Shown here piece by piece: positions 1-9,591 of a stretch of DNA of 64,000 nucleotides. Each line of letters begins with the position of its first letter. The first letter of the stretch is position 1. The notes under the pieces are model-generated. The model was not told the origin of the DNA and made no database searches. It saw only the letters and a list, made by a program, of their open reading frames with translations. Position numbers and translations under genes: made by a program. Origin of the DNA: Thermoplasmatota archaeon (GTDB lineage: Archaea; Thermoplasmatota; Penumbrarchaeia; Penumbrarchaeales; Penumbrarchaeaceae); the NCBI GenBank assembly GCA_965234725.1, contig CBDDUX010000038.1:19323-83322 (forward strand), given 5' to 3'.

Positions 1-108
1 GAACGACGTTTGATACTTAAACATTTCACATTGATTGTACTGATAATGTCTTTTCACAACTTTTAAGAACAAGAACTCTATTGGCCGCTGAACAGGAGGA
101 CCTTTTAA

Positions 109-276
109 ATGTCTGTTGAAGAAAAATGCTCATCCTGCGGCATTCCGTTGAAGAGAGAAAAGTCGGTTGGCTTCAAATGCCCGTCATGCGGTGTAGGATT
201 CATCGGTCGATGCTCTAACTGTAGAGACCAGTCAGCCATATATGTGTGCAAGAACTGTGGTTTCGAGGGTCCTTGA
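109..276 (+). CDS. Small Zn-ribbon protein (DUF1610/COG2888-like), 55 aa; not in the ORF track
   Basis: Translated by hand as MSVEEKCSSCGIPLKREKSVGFKCPSCGVGFIGRCSNCRDQSAIYVCKNCGFEGP, with four CxxC motifs and a GFEGP end. AGGAGG lies upstream, and the position before EF-1beta is the usual archaeal arrangement. Confidence 0.9.
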   Translation: MSVEEKCSSCGIPLKREKSVGFKCPSCGVGFIGRCSNCRDQSAIYVCKNCGFEGP

Positions 277-288
277 GGAGTGATTTCC

Positions 289-555
289 ATGGGAGACGTT
301 CTTATCAGGTACAAGGTCATGCCCGAGGGACCGGAAGTTGACCTTGAGGAGATAGCCAGGAAATTCAAGGAATATGTTCCGGACCATGGCAGGATATCCT
401 CTTCTGAAGTGAAACCCGCTTTTTTCGGTATGAATATGTTGGAATGGGCAGTGGTCCTCGATGACAAGATCGGCGGGGGAGAAGAACTCGAAGAGAAGAT
501 GAGGGGTACAGAGGGAGTCAGTTCCCTTGAGATCCTGGAAATGGGGCTCCTTTGA
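289..555 (+). CDS. ef1b: Translation elongation factor aEF-1beta
   Basis: Motifs MGDVLIRYKVMPEGPEVDL and EVKPAFFGM. ATG at 289 follows GAGGAGTGA (ORF track opens at 280). Confidence 0.9.
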   Translation: MGDVLIRYKVMPEGPEVDLEEIARKFKEYVPDHGRISSSEVKPAFFGMNMLEWAVVLDDKIGGGEELEEKMRGTEGVSSLEILEMGLL

Positions 556-923
556 TCATGATCCTTATCGAGGGAAGGGTTGCGATCCATCCAACTGAGG
601 ATCCGGATAGGGTCAGATCCTCCGTTTTGAATATCTTTCCTGATTCAAGCATTCGGGAGATCGATGATCATCTACTGTTCACATCAAAAGAAATCGATAC
701 TTTCGCTGAGATAATCAGGGACCATTCCATCAGGGATACTGCATCGATGGTCTTGGAGAGAGCCAGGATCGAGGATGCCACATCTTTTTACCTCAACAAG
801 CAGGCCGCATTCATGGGTGTTGTTAATTTCACTGAAGGTGAATCCACTTTGGGTGATATTGAGGTTCAGGTGAAGGAAGGGGCCAGAGAGTTCATAGAGT
901 CAATAAGACCCGGTCTAATTTAG
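552..923 (+). CDS. UPF0201/COG1931 RNA-binding domain protein
   Basis: Motifs HPTED..V...V.NIFP, IRDTA and LNKQAAFMGVVNF. Overlaps the EF-1beta stop codon. Confidence 0.8.
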   Translation: MIMILIEGRVAIHPTEDPDRVRSSVLNIFPDSSIREIDDHLLFTSKEIDTFAEIIRDHSIRDTASMVLERARIEDATSFYLNKQAAFMGVVNFTEGESTLGDIEVQVKEGAREFIESIRPGLI

Positions 924-973
924 GACATGTCAGTTCAACACCACTTATATACTCTCCAGGACAATCGACCATT

Positions 974-2674
974 ATGGCAGCCAAGATTACGATCATTACT
1001 GCTGCAGTTCTTATCTTGTCTTTATCATTGCTACTATTCTCACAAAAGGAATCCTTTACAGCCTCTGCCATACCACAGATAGTGGATATTGAACAGGAAC
1101 TCGCATTCATTTCGGTTTCGGAAGATGAGACCGGGTCGCTGGAATTGAACGTAACCATACGATCCCCATCCAACCAGAATATCATACTAAACATCGCATC
1201 GGAATTGAAGGGGGCTCCTTTCTGGACCGTCGAGCATATAAAAAGCATCTATCTTGAACCATTCGAGGAATGGAAATTCAAGGTCACTGTCACTGCTCCT
1301 GCCGGTGAAAGGGCAGACAAAGAGGTTGACCTAATGATGTCAGTTTCCTCAGACAGCGGTCTTGTAACTGGTGAGGATTCCTGCAGATTGAAAGTGCTTC
1401 CGTTCCTTTCTACAGAGGTCTCCTCCCAGGTCGACTATCTCCTGGAAAGACCACTCAGCGGTTCATTCCCACTCATCATCAAGAACAATGGAAATACAGT
1501 ATCTCCTGTGGGACTGACCTGGGATGGTGAGATCGAACTGACCTCCGGTGGAAGCATCATGCTCGACCCGGGTGAAAAGACCACCCTGAACATCGATTAC
1601 GACATACCAGACGATCTATCGGATACAACGATCTCCATCACTTCGTTTTCGGGAACGACATCGGGAAACGGAATGGATGTAAGTTTCATTTTGGAAAGGC
1701 CATTTGTCCATATCCTATTCAAAAAAGGACCTTTCCTTGTCCTCCTTCCTGGTATCCTGGAAAAGGATTCCGTCAAGGTACTCTGCATCGGGGGAGAACT
1801 GACCAATGTCGGGATAGAAGTGGTGGATCCTGATCCGGACCATAGTGTGGTAACCGAGAAGGGAGTGAACCTCGATCATCTCGAAAGAGAGGACCTCACA
1901 CTCTCTGGGAAAGACTATTCCGGGACCAAACTCTTAACGGTAGAAGCTTACGGGTTCTGGGGGGAACAGAGGATAACCTCCAATATCCTCAAGGTACCTG
2001 TCACGGGTGAGGATGATAGAAGGGATGGCATTCCTACAGCGATGATATTGTATGCCGGCGGAGGAACCGCGGCGATCGGTGCCACACTTGCCGGGACCAT
2101 TGCCTATCTGTATACGGCTTCCGAGATCTTCAGGTACAGATGGCTCCTGATAGCTTTCATACCCCTTTATTCAACGATTCATGGGGAGAAGGTCCTTGAC
2201 CATTTCTTCCGCGGCAGGTTGTTCGAGTTCATCAAAGAGCATCCTGGTGTAACCTTCACTGCTCTGAAGGACCATTTCGAGGTGAACAATGGAACCCTGA
2301 CCTATCACCTCCACAAGCTGGAAAGGGAAGAGCTTATTGTCTACAGGAACTATGGAAAATACAAGCTCTTCTATGCTGACGGGGTGAGGATCAAAGGGGT
2401 GGAAGCCGTGATCTCCCCTATTGACAAGGAGATATTCGACCTTGTTACTGACAACCCGGGGATCTCATCCGGAGCGATCATCAGCAATCTAACATCCGAG
2501 AGATCTGCAAGAACGATCTCCAGGCATCTCAAACAGCTGGAAAGAAAAGGATTCGTCACATCGGAGAGAAGGGATGGGAGGAGGGTTTTCTTCATTTCTT
2601 CTGACCTTGAACGGGTCCTGATGCCCGGAAGAGGAGTCATCGAGGTGTCAGAAATAGCAGGTCTGGACATATGA
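974..2674 (+). CDS. Membrane-anchored regulator: exported Ig-like region, TM segments, two C-terminal winged-HTH domains (COG3398-like)
   Basis: N-terminal signal/TM, beta-rich middle, PLYS..HGEKVLDHFFRGRLFEFIKEHPG...NNGTLTYHLHKLERE, and a second HTH TISRHLKQLERKG. Confidence 0.75.
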   Translation: MAAKITIITAAVLILSLSLLLFSQKESFTASAIPQIVDIEQELAFISVSEDETGSLELNVTIRSPSNQNIILNIASELKGAPFWTVEHIKSIYLEPFEEWKFKVTVTAPAGERADKEVDLMMSVSSDSGLVTGEDSCRLKVLPFLSTEVSSQVDYLLERPLSGSFPLIIKNNGNTVSPVGLTWDGEIELTSGGSIMLDPGEKTTLNIDYDIPDDLSDTTISITSFSGTTSGNGMDVSFILERPFVHILFKKGPFLVLLPGILEKDSVKVLCIGGELTNVGIEVVDPDPDHSVVTEKGVNLDHLEREDLTLSGKDYSGTKLLTVEAYGFWGEQRITSNILKVPVTGEDDRRDGIPTAMILYAGGGTAAIGATLAGTIAYLYTASEIFRYRWLLIAFIPLYSTIHGEKVLDHFFRGRLFEFIKEHPGVTFTALKDHFEVNNGTLTYHLHKLEREELIVYRNYGKYKLFYADGVRIKGVEAVISPIDKEIFDLVTDNPGISSGAIISNLTSERSARTISRHLKQLERKGFVTSERRDGRRVFFISSDLERVLMPGRGVIEVSEIAGLDI

Positions 2675-2701
2675 AACTTTACGGTCTTTGACCATAGACA
2701 A

Positions 2702-2709
2702 TTTAAAAT
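2702..2709 (+). promoter_or_regulatory. Probable TATA box of tRNA-Asn
   Basis: TTTAAAAT ends ~33 nt upstream of the tRNA 5' end. Confidence 0.5.
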
Positions 2710-2741
2710 AAGAAGTCATTATTCATCGCAACCTACCCTGT

Positions 2742-2815
2742 GCCGCAGTAGCTTAGCAGGTTAGAGCGTACGGCTGTTAACCGTAAGGTCGTCGGTTCGA
2801 ATCCGCCCTGCGGCG
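2742..2815 (+). tRNA. tRNA-Asn (GTT), intronless, CCA not encoded
   Basis: Acceptor stem GCCGCAG/CTGCGGC, anticodon arm TACGG-CTGTTAA-CCGTA, T-loop GGTTCGAATCC. Confidence 0.97.
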
Positions 2816-2862
2816 CTTTTTACATCAACATATTATTTGAACAATGAAGTTGGGACAATAAT

Positions 2863-4692
2863 TCATCTATTCCAATTGACGGGTTTTTTGGGGATCCTCA
2901 TCAGGAATATTGTTCCATGTGATACATCATCCTTGATCCACACATCCCCGCCATATCTCTCAACTACCTTTTTCACGATATACAATCCTAATCCGGTTCC
3001 CCTGTTCTCACCGAAAGAGAAGCTCTCTTCGAAAACCATATCCCTGATGTCCTCTGGAATCCCTTTCCCATTATCTGCGAAGGATATCAGGACATTCCCA
3101 TCCTCCTCGACTATCTCCACATTCATTCTGTCCGCACCACCATGGAACATTGCATTTCCGATGATATTTTCCACAACAGAATCGAAGGCTGAATCAACCA
3201 GGACCGATGAATCTCCCTCGATACTGTACTTCAAAGGAAAATCAGCGAGGATCTCTTCGATGGTATCCCTGAGGGAGATCTCTTTCTTTTCTTGACCCGA
3301 AACCATCAGGTTCTCCAGCTGGTTCATACGCTTTGTGATATCGATCGATTTCCTCACGGATTTGAAGGCCTCCTCGATAAGGATAGGATCCAATGTCGAT
3401 CCCTGCCTCAACATATCAAGGATCCCGAATGCTATTGTCAAACGATTCCTGATATCGTGACGGGTTATCCTTGCTATCAATCTTAAAATCTCATTCAGAT
3501 CGATGAGTTCTTCTTGTGCTCTCTTCAAAGTAGAAACATCCCACGATACAACACTGATAACATTCCTTTCATTGTATTCGATGAGACTTGCGGAAACCTC
3601 CACATCAATTGTCTTTCCTTCCTTTGTTCTGTATATTCTTGGTCCTACAAATCCATACTGCCTGGATGGAAGTTCTTCTATCTTGATATTGACATCATCC
3701 TTCGAATGGTCAATGAAATCATAGGGTGTCATCCCCTTCAGTTCCTCACCGGAATATCCCAGGAGGTCCTGCAATGTGGTATTGCTCTCTATTATCCTCA
3801 TGGTCTCCTGATCCACAAGGTAGATATTATTGGGACTGTGCTCCAAGACCGCCATATATTTCTGTTCACTACCCTTTAAGTTCAAAAGTGCCCGATTTTT
3901 CTCCGTAACATCCATATGGATCCCGGAGATGTAAAGGGGCTTTCCATTCTCATCCCATTCCTGTATCTGTCCCAGATCCAGAAACCATTTCCATGAACCA
4001 TCCTTACATCTCAACCTGTATTCAACTGTGAAATTCTCCGACCTCCCCTCAAGATGATCGGATTTCCTCCTGTTGAATTCCTCGACATCATCGGGGTGAA
4101 TGCTATCTTTCCAGGTTTCAGAGGTAAATTCTCTCTCACCTGGTTCGTAACCAAGAAGTGTTGACCATTTCTCATCGAATTCTATTCTCATATTCACGAG
4201 GTCCCATTCCCAGATCGCAATGTTCGCACCTCTGTAGGCCAGGTCCAGTTTCTTTTCGCTCAGGGATAGGTTTTCCTGGATTCTTTTCATCTCGGATATA
4301 TCAAGTGCGGTGATCAGCAGATATTGAATCCCTTCCAAGTTTACAAGGTCGGCATCGATCCTTAGTATCCTTGTTTCTCCATCCTTTCTGAATACCGGGA
4401 TCTCTATCGGTTGTTCGGTATCGGGATCCTTCAATAATCTTGCTGCAGCCTCCAGGACCTCTTCCATATGCTCTTCATCGGTGAGTTCCCAGAAATCCAT
4501 ACCTCTGAGTTCTTCAAGAGAAAAACCGGTATATTCAAGGACTTTGGGATTGGCATAGATGATCTTTGTATCCTTGACAATTGCCATCCCGTGTCTGGTC
4601 TTGTCAAGAAATAACCTGATCACTTCCGAAATTTCGGCCTCGGTATCAGACATCCCATCAAGAGAATTATCATTCTCTAACCTTGAAGGCAT
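2863..4692 (-). CDS. Cytoplasmic multi-PAS sensor histidine kinase
   Basis: Three PAS/PAC domains, H-box RHDIRNRL, N-box NIIGNAMFHG, DNGKGIP and GTGLGLYIV. Confidence 0.93.
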   Translation of the reverse strand: MPSRLENDNSLDGMSDTEAEISEVIRLFLDKTRHGMAIVKDTKIIYANPKVLEYTGFSLEELRGMDFWELTDEEHMEEVLEAAARLLKDPDTEQPIEIPVFRKDGETRILRIDADLVNLEGIQYLLITALDISEMKRIQENLSLSEKKLDLAYRGANIAIWEWDLVNMRIEFDEKWSTLLGYEPGEREFTSETWKDSIHPDDVEEFNRRKSDHLEGRSENFTVEYRLRCKDGSWKWFLDLGQIQEWDENGKPLYISGIHMDVTEKNRALLNLKGSEQKYMAVLEHSPNNIYLVDQETMRIIESNTTLQDLLGYSGEELKGMTPYDFIDHSKDDVNIKIEELPSRQYGFVGPRIYRTKEGKTIDVEVSASLIEYNERNVISVVSWDVSTLKRAQEELIDLNEILRLIARITRHDIRNRLTIAFGILDMLRQGSTLDPILIEEAFKSVRKSIDITKRMNQLENLMVSGQEKKEISLRDTIEEILADFPLKYSIEGDSSVLVDSAFDSVVENIIGNAMFHGGADRMNVEIVEEDGNVLISFADNGKGIPEDIRDMVFEESFSFGENRGTGLGLYIVKKVVERYGGDVWIKDDVSHGTIFLMRIPKKPVNWNR

Positions 4693-4811
4693 CGAAGGTG
4701 ACCCCTATTCGTATCATGAAAAACCATTGGATCTCCTTAATATGTTTTCCACCATGGTATCAAATCAGGTTACCCAGTCTCCGGGTTTCCTTCTGAAGGA
4801 TATCGAAATAC

Positions 4812-5462
4812 TCATACCTTCTTGATAAGGTCAAGGATCATCTTCTCGGGGGCGGCCCCTTCCTGATGATGAGCCTCATTTATTACCGTTCGAGGAACGC
4901 CCATTACCTTGTATTTTTGTGAAAGGTCCGGGAATTCCTGTGCTTCCACCATATCAGCTGTGATCCTGTCATTTAAAATTGCCATGTGATGAGCAAGAAC
5001 AACTGCCCGAGGACAGTATGGACATGTCGGTGTTACGAAAACCTGTAAATGAATATCCTTTTCCAGATTCTTGAGGTATTCCTGTCCTTCCTCGGAGATA
5101 CCAACGATACCTCTTGAGATTGTCAAGATCGAATCCAGTAGAGATGTGAACTCGTATCCAGCCGGAATTCCAAAGAACCTGATACCAAGATATTTTCCAT
5201 TCCTATCCGATCCTTTAAGAGGAACGATCGCCGGGACCTTGTCAACTCCATAGGTTTCCGATGTCACAGGATCCTCATCAGTATCTATCTCCTCGAAGGT
5301 TATCCCATCGCTCAGACCTGATAACTCCTCCACTATCATCCTTGTATCATTGCACATGGAACAGTCTGTCTTTTTAGTGAATACCAAAATGTGGACTGGT
5401 TCATCCATCTCCAACAAAGATTCTCTCACCTTCTCAGCTGTCTCTTCGTCCATTAACGACAT
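4812..5462 (-). CDS. Protein disulfide oxidoreductase (two thioredoxin folds, PDO/AhpF-N-like)
   Basis: CSMC and CPYC motifs, GIPAGYEF, VMGVP. Confidence 0.9.
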   Translation of the reverse strand: MSLMDEETAEKVRESLLEMDEPVHILVFTKKTDCSMCNDTRMIVEELSGLSDGITFEEIDTDEDPVTSETYGVDKVPAIVPLKGSDRNGKYLGIRFFGIPAGYEFTSLLDSILTISRGIVGISEEGQEYLKNLEKDIHLQVFVTPTCPYCPRAVVLAHHMAILNDRITADMVEAQEFPDLSQKYKVMGVPRTVINEAHHQEGAAPEKMILDLIKKV

Positions 5463-5547
5463 ATATAGATCTCCTTGTTTCGACTAGGACTATTAAAAGG
5501 TGTTTAATAACGTTTGTGCATAAAATTCACATAACCGATCGGTACGA

Positions 5548-6003
5548 TCAAGACCGTGACCACATATCGTCCGGGAGGTCCTCATATATCTCCTCCCCTC
5601 CGAGTCCCATATCCCCTTCCTGGCAGGTAAGATCTCCCGAGGTCAGGTCAGCGATATACTTCTTCTTCAGGGTCCAGTAATTTATCCTCCACTCCCTGCC
5701 ATCATAAAGGGTCGTCTCTTCCCTCTCCGTCTTGAGGATCCCAAGGTCCTCAAGCATGTAGAATATATCCCTGTCATCGGTCTTTAGCATGTTGTCTATG
5801 ATCCTTTCCCCGAATCCAAAAAAGTTGAGTACATGCTCGGCCATTTCCTCAGCCACATCGCATTCTATCTTCTCTTCCTCGTTCTTCCTGCTGAATGAGG
5901 ACTGAATAGCCCTTGACAGGACCAACCTTGAAATTACATCATCCCTTCCACCTGGAAAGTAAGGTTTGCTTCCCTGGAGGGGTACATCATATATTATAGG
6001 CAT
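5548..6003 (-). CDS. Conserved Thermoplasmata hypothetical protein (DUF6015-like)
   Basis: VLNFFGF.ERIIDNML...DRDIFYMLED.GIL.TEREETTLYDGREWRINYW, recognised from memory. Confidence 0.65.
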   Translation of the reverse strand: MPIIYDVPLQGSKPYFPGGRDDVISRLVLSRAIQSSFSRKNEEEKIECDVAEEMAEHVLNFFGFGERIIDNMLKTDDRDIFYMLEDLGILKTEREETTLYDGREWRINYWTLKKKYIADLTSGDLTCQEGDMGLGGEEIYEDLPDDMWSRS

Positions 6004-6136
6004 TTAAGATCAGACCTGTAGAAACACAACTCCTACCTTAAGTGTATTGTTTTGTTCCATATTTAATGTTCTCCTAATTCCATGTTGAAATTGTCTTTTT
6101 GTTACAATGTAACGGAAAAAGCTTTTACCATCATCC

Positions 6137-7357
6137 ATGGATGGTTTCCCGAGGATGAGTGCAATGTCTGGTATTTCTGTATCAGAGCGTACTGTAAAGA
6201 TAATTGTGATAACACTATCCATTGCGGGAGTGCTCGGTCTGGTAGTGCTTGCTCAATGGTCTGAAACTCCGCAGGTGAATATTTCTGAACTCCAGGACCA
6301 TGAAGGAGAAACCGTCAGGTCATATGGATTGGTTATAGGACAGGATCTTCTTTCTTCCGGAGCTTCCAGACTTCTGTTGGTGGATGGGAATGAGACAGCA
6401 GAAATATACATTGAAAGATCCTCCAATGAATATCCTTCGGGAACAAACATAAAGGTAAAAGGTGAGGTCTTCAGTTCTGATGGGAGCTTCTCGATAACAG
6501 TACAATCCGACAGTGGGATCCAGAAAATAGGTGAAATGGAGGAAATCGCATTTGGGAGGGATTCCATCACGGGCTCGATAGTCACTTTCCAGGGAAACCT
6601 TGTCAGCAAGGATTCAGGAGGGTGGAATGATGAGGAATGTATCATTATGGTGGAGGGAGATGATGGCCCGCTCTTTGTTGATGTTACCATATCCAGAGTA
6701 GATGAGGAATTCCACAACGGAGACCTCATTTCATTTTCTGGATATCTTTGGGAGGGGGGAGATGTACTTTGTTACGGCGACTCATCCGCTGAGCTCATAT
6801 ACAGACCTGAATCGGCTACCAGTTCTCTGGTCGCTTTGATAGATAGACTGAAAGATGATCAAAATGACATACCCGCAGGAAAGATGAATATCCTCTCATA
6901 TGTGAAGTATGAGCCTGTTTCAAAGAGTCTTTATGTAAGTGACGAGGTGGAAGGATCCGCGATCTCCGTGAAGGTCATTCTTCCGGATCCGGATCCTCTG
7001 ATCCATAAGGGAGATCTTATCGAGCTCATCAATACTACAATACTTTGGGATCCTCAATCACTGAGATACGAATTCCATGCCGAGTGGGCTTCGGTAATAA
7101 TGCCGTACGGTCCCTGGAGACTCGGACTGGATAATCTGGACTTCGGGGTCTCATCCTATGAAAACACCGAAGTGATCCTGACAGGGGAGCCGGTATTGAC
7201 AGGTGATGAACAATTTCTCTATAACGGTAATTCCAGGATCGAACTGAGATCCATTGATACCATCCCAATGGGAAGGGACATTGAACTGAGAGGATACATA
7301 CGTTTTGACCCTCTGACCAATTCATTTTACCTGGAGGTTATGGAGGTCAATGGATGA
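6137..7357 (+). CDS. Membrane-anchored multi-OB-fold protein (start may be 6155 or 6164)
   Basis: N-terminal TM followed by repeated OB-like strands (GETVRSYGLV, GTNIKVKGEV, GSIVTFQGNL, NTEVILTG, GRDIELRGYI). Confidence 0.6.
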   Translation: MDGFPRMSAMSGISVSERTVKIIVITLSIAGVLGLVVLAQWSETPQVNISELQDHEGETVRSYGLVIGQDLLSSGASRLLLVDGNETAEIYIERSSNEYPSGTNIKVKGEVFSSDGSFSITVQSDSGIQKIGEMEEIAFGRDSITGSIVTFQGNLVSKDSGGWNDEECIIMVEGDDGPLFVDVTISRVDEEFHNGDLISFSGYLWEGGDVLCYGDSSAELIYRPESATSSLVALIDRLKDDQNDIPAGKMNILSYVKYEPVSKSLYVSDEVEGSAISVKVILPDPDPLIHKGDLIELINTTILWDPQSLRYEFHAEWASVIMPYGPWRLGLDNLDFGVSSYENTEVILTGEPVLTGDEQFLYNGNSRIELRSIDTIPMGRDIELRGYIRFDPLTNSFYLEVMEVNG

Positions 7358-8712
7358 TAGAGACCATTCTATTGATCTCGATAACTGCTCTCCTTGGTAC
7401 TTGCTTAGGTGTCCTGACCGGACTTATACCCGGTCTGCATGTGAACAATGTGGCGATCATTCTGCTTTCCATATCACCTCTGGCTGCTGAAGGATTGATG
7501 GACCTTCTCGGACTCGATCAGTATACGGTCCTTCTCATGGTATCTGCAGCGATCGTAGCAACCTCCATGGCCCATACATTCCTTGATTTCATACCTTCGA
7601 CCTTCCTGGGCGCACCGGAACCGGAAACCGCTCTTTCGGTACTACCGGCACATGGAATGCTGATGGAGGGAAATGGGTTCAGGGCCGTATTCCTTTCAGC
7701 AGTTGGTAGTTTCGGAGCTGTTGTAGTCGGATGCCTTCTTCTGATACCTTACAGGCTCATGGTCAATGAACCGGTGAACGGTTATGCTGCCCTGAAGGAA
7801 TACATGGTATGGGTCCTGATAGGTGTTGTTATCCTGATGCTTGTCACCGAAACATCGAAGATTCCCTATATTAGAAAAAAGGAGGAAGGAGGAGAGGTCA
7901 AATGGTCAGAAGGGAGATTCTCAAGGACTTTGGGCGTAGTACTTGCAATGTTCCTATTTCTGCTTTCAGGGATCCTTGGACTTGCTGCACTGGACCTGAA
8001 GGTCACATCTCCTTTCGGCCTTCCGGCAACAGTCCTGTTTCCACTATTATCCGGTCTTTTTGGAACTTCCACACTTATAGAGAGTCTCAGAGGAGGAGCG
8101 GAGGTGCCTGACCAGATCACAGAACAAGGGGAGGTCGATCTGACCGAGGCCGCTGGTTCTGTAACTTCCGGAGGGATAGCGGGTTCCGTAGTTGGATTCC
8201 TTCCGGGAATGAGCGGGGGAGTTGCCACGATAATTGCAATGTTGTTCAGGAAGGACCCGTCACCTTCTTCGGTCATTTTGACGCTTTCAGCCATCAATAC
8301 GGCCAATTCTTTCTTTGTTCTGTCCGCATTATTTCTCATTCTCAGACCGAGGTCCGGAGCTGCGATAGTGGTGAATGAACTGATCGATGCTACGGAATGG
8401 ACCTCTCTTTCACCACCTATAGACCTGACACTCCTCATGATCTCGGCATTGATAGCTTCCACGCTTGGGTTCTTCCTAACCATCTTCCTCGGACGCAAAC
8501 TGGCCAATCTTCTACCCAAGGTGCCTTATCATTTACTTGTGAAGAGTATAATCGGTTTCATAATTACCATGGTCTTTGTCTTCACAGGACCTATCGGTTT
8601 ATTTGCCCTTCTTGTGGCAACCGCGGTAGGAATGATAGCCCCTTTGATCGGAATAAGGAGGTCGCATGCCATGGGAGTCCTTCTGCTGCCAGTTATCGTG
8701 ATGCTCTGGTGA
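7354..8712 (+). CDS. Archaeal TctA-like membrane protein (COG1784)
   Basis: GLIPGLHVN, HTFLDFIPSTFLGAP, LSVLPAH, GFLPG, RPRSGA and RRSHAMG motifs; polytopic. ATGA overlap with the upstream gene. Confidence 0.88.
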   Translation: MIETILLISITALLGTCLGVLTGLIPGLHVNNVAIILLSISPLAAEGLMDLLGLDQYTVLLMVSAAIVATSMAHTFLDFIPSTFLGAPEPETALSVLPAHGMLMEGNGFRAVFLSAVGSFGAVVVGCLLLIPYRLMVNEPVNGYAALKEYMVWVLIGVVILMLVTETSKIPYIRKKEEGGEVKWSEGRFSRTLGVVLAMFLFLLSGILGLAALDLKVTSPFGLPATVLFPLLSGLFGTSTLIESLRGGAEVPDQITEQGEVDLTEAAGSVTSGGIAGSVVGFLPGMSGGVATIIAMLFRKDPSPSSVILTLSAINTANSFFVLSALFLILRPRSGAAIVVNELIDATEWTSLSPPIDLTLLMISALIASTLGFFLTIFLGRKLANLLPKVPYHLLVKSIIGFIITMVFVFTGPIGLFALLVATAVGMIAPLIGIRRSHAMGVLLLPVIVMLW

Positions 8713-9519
8713 TCAGGAACTGCCAGGAGGTCTAACATGACCTATCTTCCTTGCTGGCACTCCCGTCCATATCTCATAGGGTCCTATCCTCGTATTCTTT
8801 GTCACGATGGAGTATGCTCCTACGATGCACCCCTTTCCAAGATGAGAACCAGGAAGGATCAGTGAAGATTGACCGATATCAACATCATCCTCTATGACAA
8901 CCTTCCTGAGGATCAGAACACCTCTCTCACCCACGTGCCCCAGGACCATTACATCACCTCCGAAGGTTACATTCCTTCCAACCGTTATGAGGTCCGGGTC
9001 ATGGAGATAGGTCGTATTGATGATGGTACCCTTTCCGATCTTCATCCCCATCAATCTGTAGAACATCACTATAAGGACCGTGGTCCTCGTAAGTTCAAGG
9101 AATAGATGCCTGTTGAAGAGGATAATGCCGTTGACCACCGACCAGTATCCTGCAACGGGAGATATGTAGGGATACTCGCCCTCCCTTTGATGCGAGAATA
9201 GACCCAATCCCCACTTCAAGGCAGGTCCGAATATCAGAAGTCCGATCCCGAAAATGAGATAAGAAGCTCCGAAGGAAGCCCCAAGGACCATTACATCCAG
9301 CAGAGGAAATGGTGTGGACCCCATGTAATTTTCCAGAGCGAACCGTAACAGATAAATGGGCGCCACAAGTGAAGAGGTGATCAGGACCAAAGCTATAAGG
9401 AAAAGTGGTATCCAGGTGAACGAGGTGGCAATACGAAATATTAATGGTACCTTCCACCCTCGTTGGTGATATATCTCCTCTCGGGATGGAACGGAATGGT
9501 CAATGTACTTTCCTGCCAA
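8713..9519 (-). CDS. Membrane-bound hexapeptide-repeat (LbH) acyltransferase
   Basis: N-terminal TMs, YRLMGMKIGKGTII, hexapeptide repeats, WTGVPARKI. Confidence 0.8.
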   Translation of the reverse strand: MAGKYIDHSVPSREEIYHQRGWKVPLIFRIATSFTWIPLFLIALVLITSSLVAPIYLLRFALENYMGSTPFPLLDVMVLGASFGASYLIFGIGLLIFGPALKWGLGLFSHQREGEYPYISPVAGYWSVVNGIILFNRHLFLELTRTTVLIVMFYRLMGMKIGKGTIINTTYLHDPDLITVGRNVTFGGDVMVLGHVGERGVLILRKVVIEDDVDIGQSSLILPGSHLGKGCIVGAYSIVTKNTRIGPYEIWTGVPARKIGHVRPPGSS

Positions 9520-9591
9520 GAGAAAACACCCTGATATTGGAACGATACATGTTCAAATTGCTATTAACACTTTTCACCTGGACTAAGATCA

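Noticed and set aside
2816-4692. Genomic island at tRNA-Asn
   Set aside because: No duplicated tRNA-Asn 3' end, integrase or compositional shift noticed.
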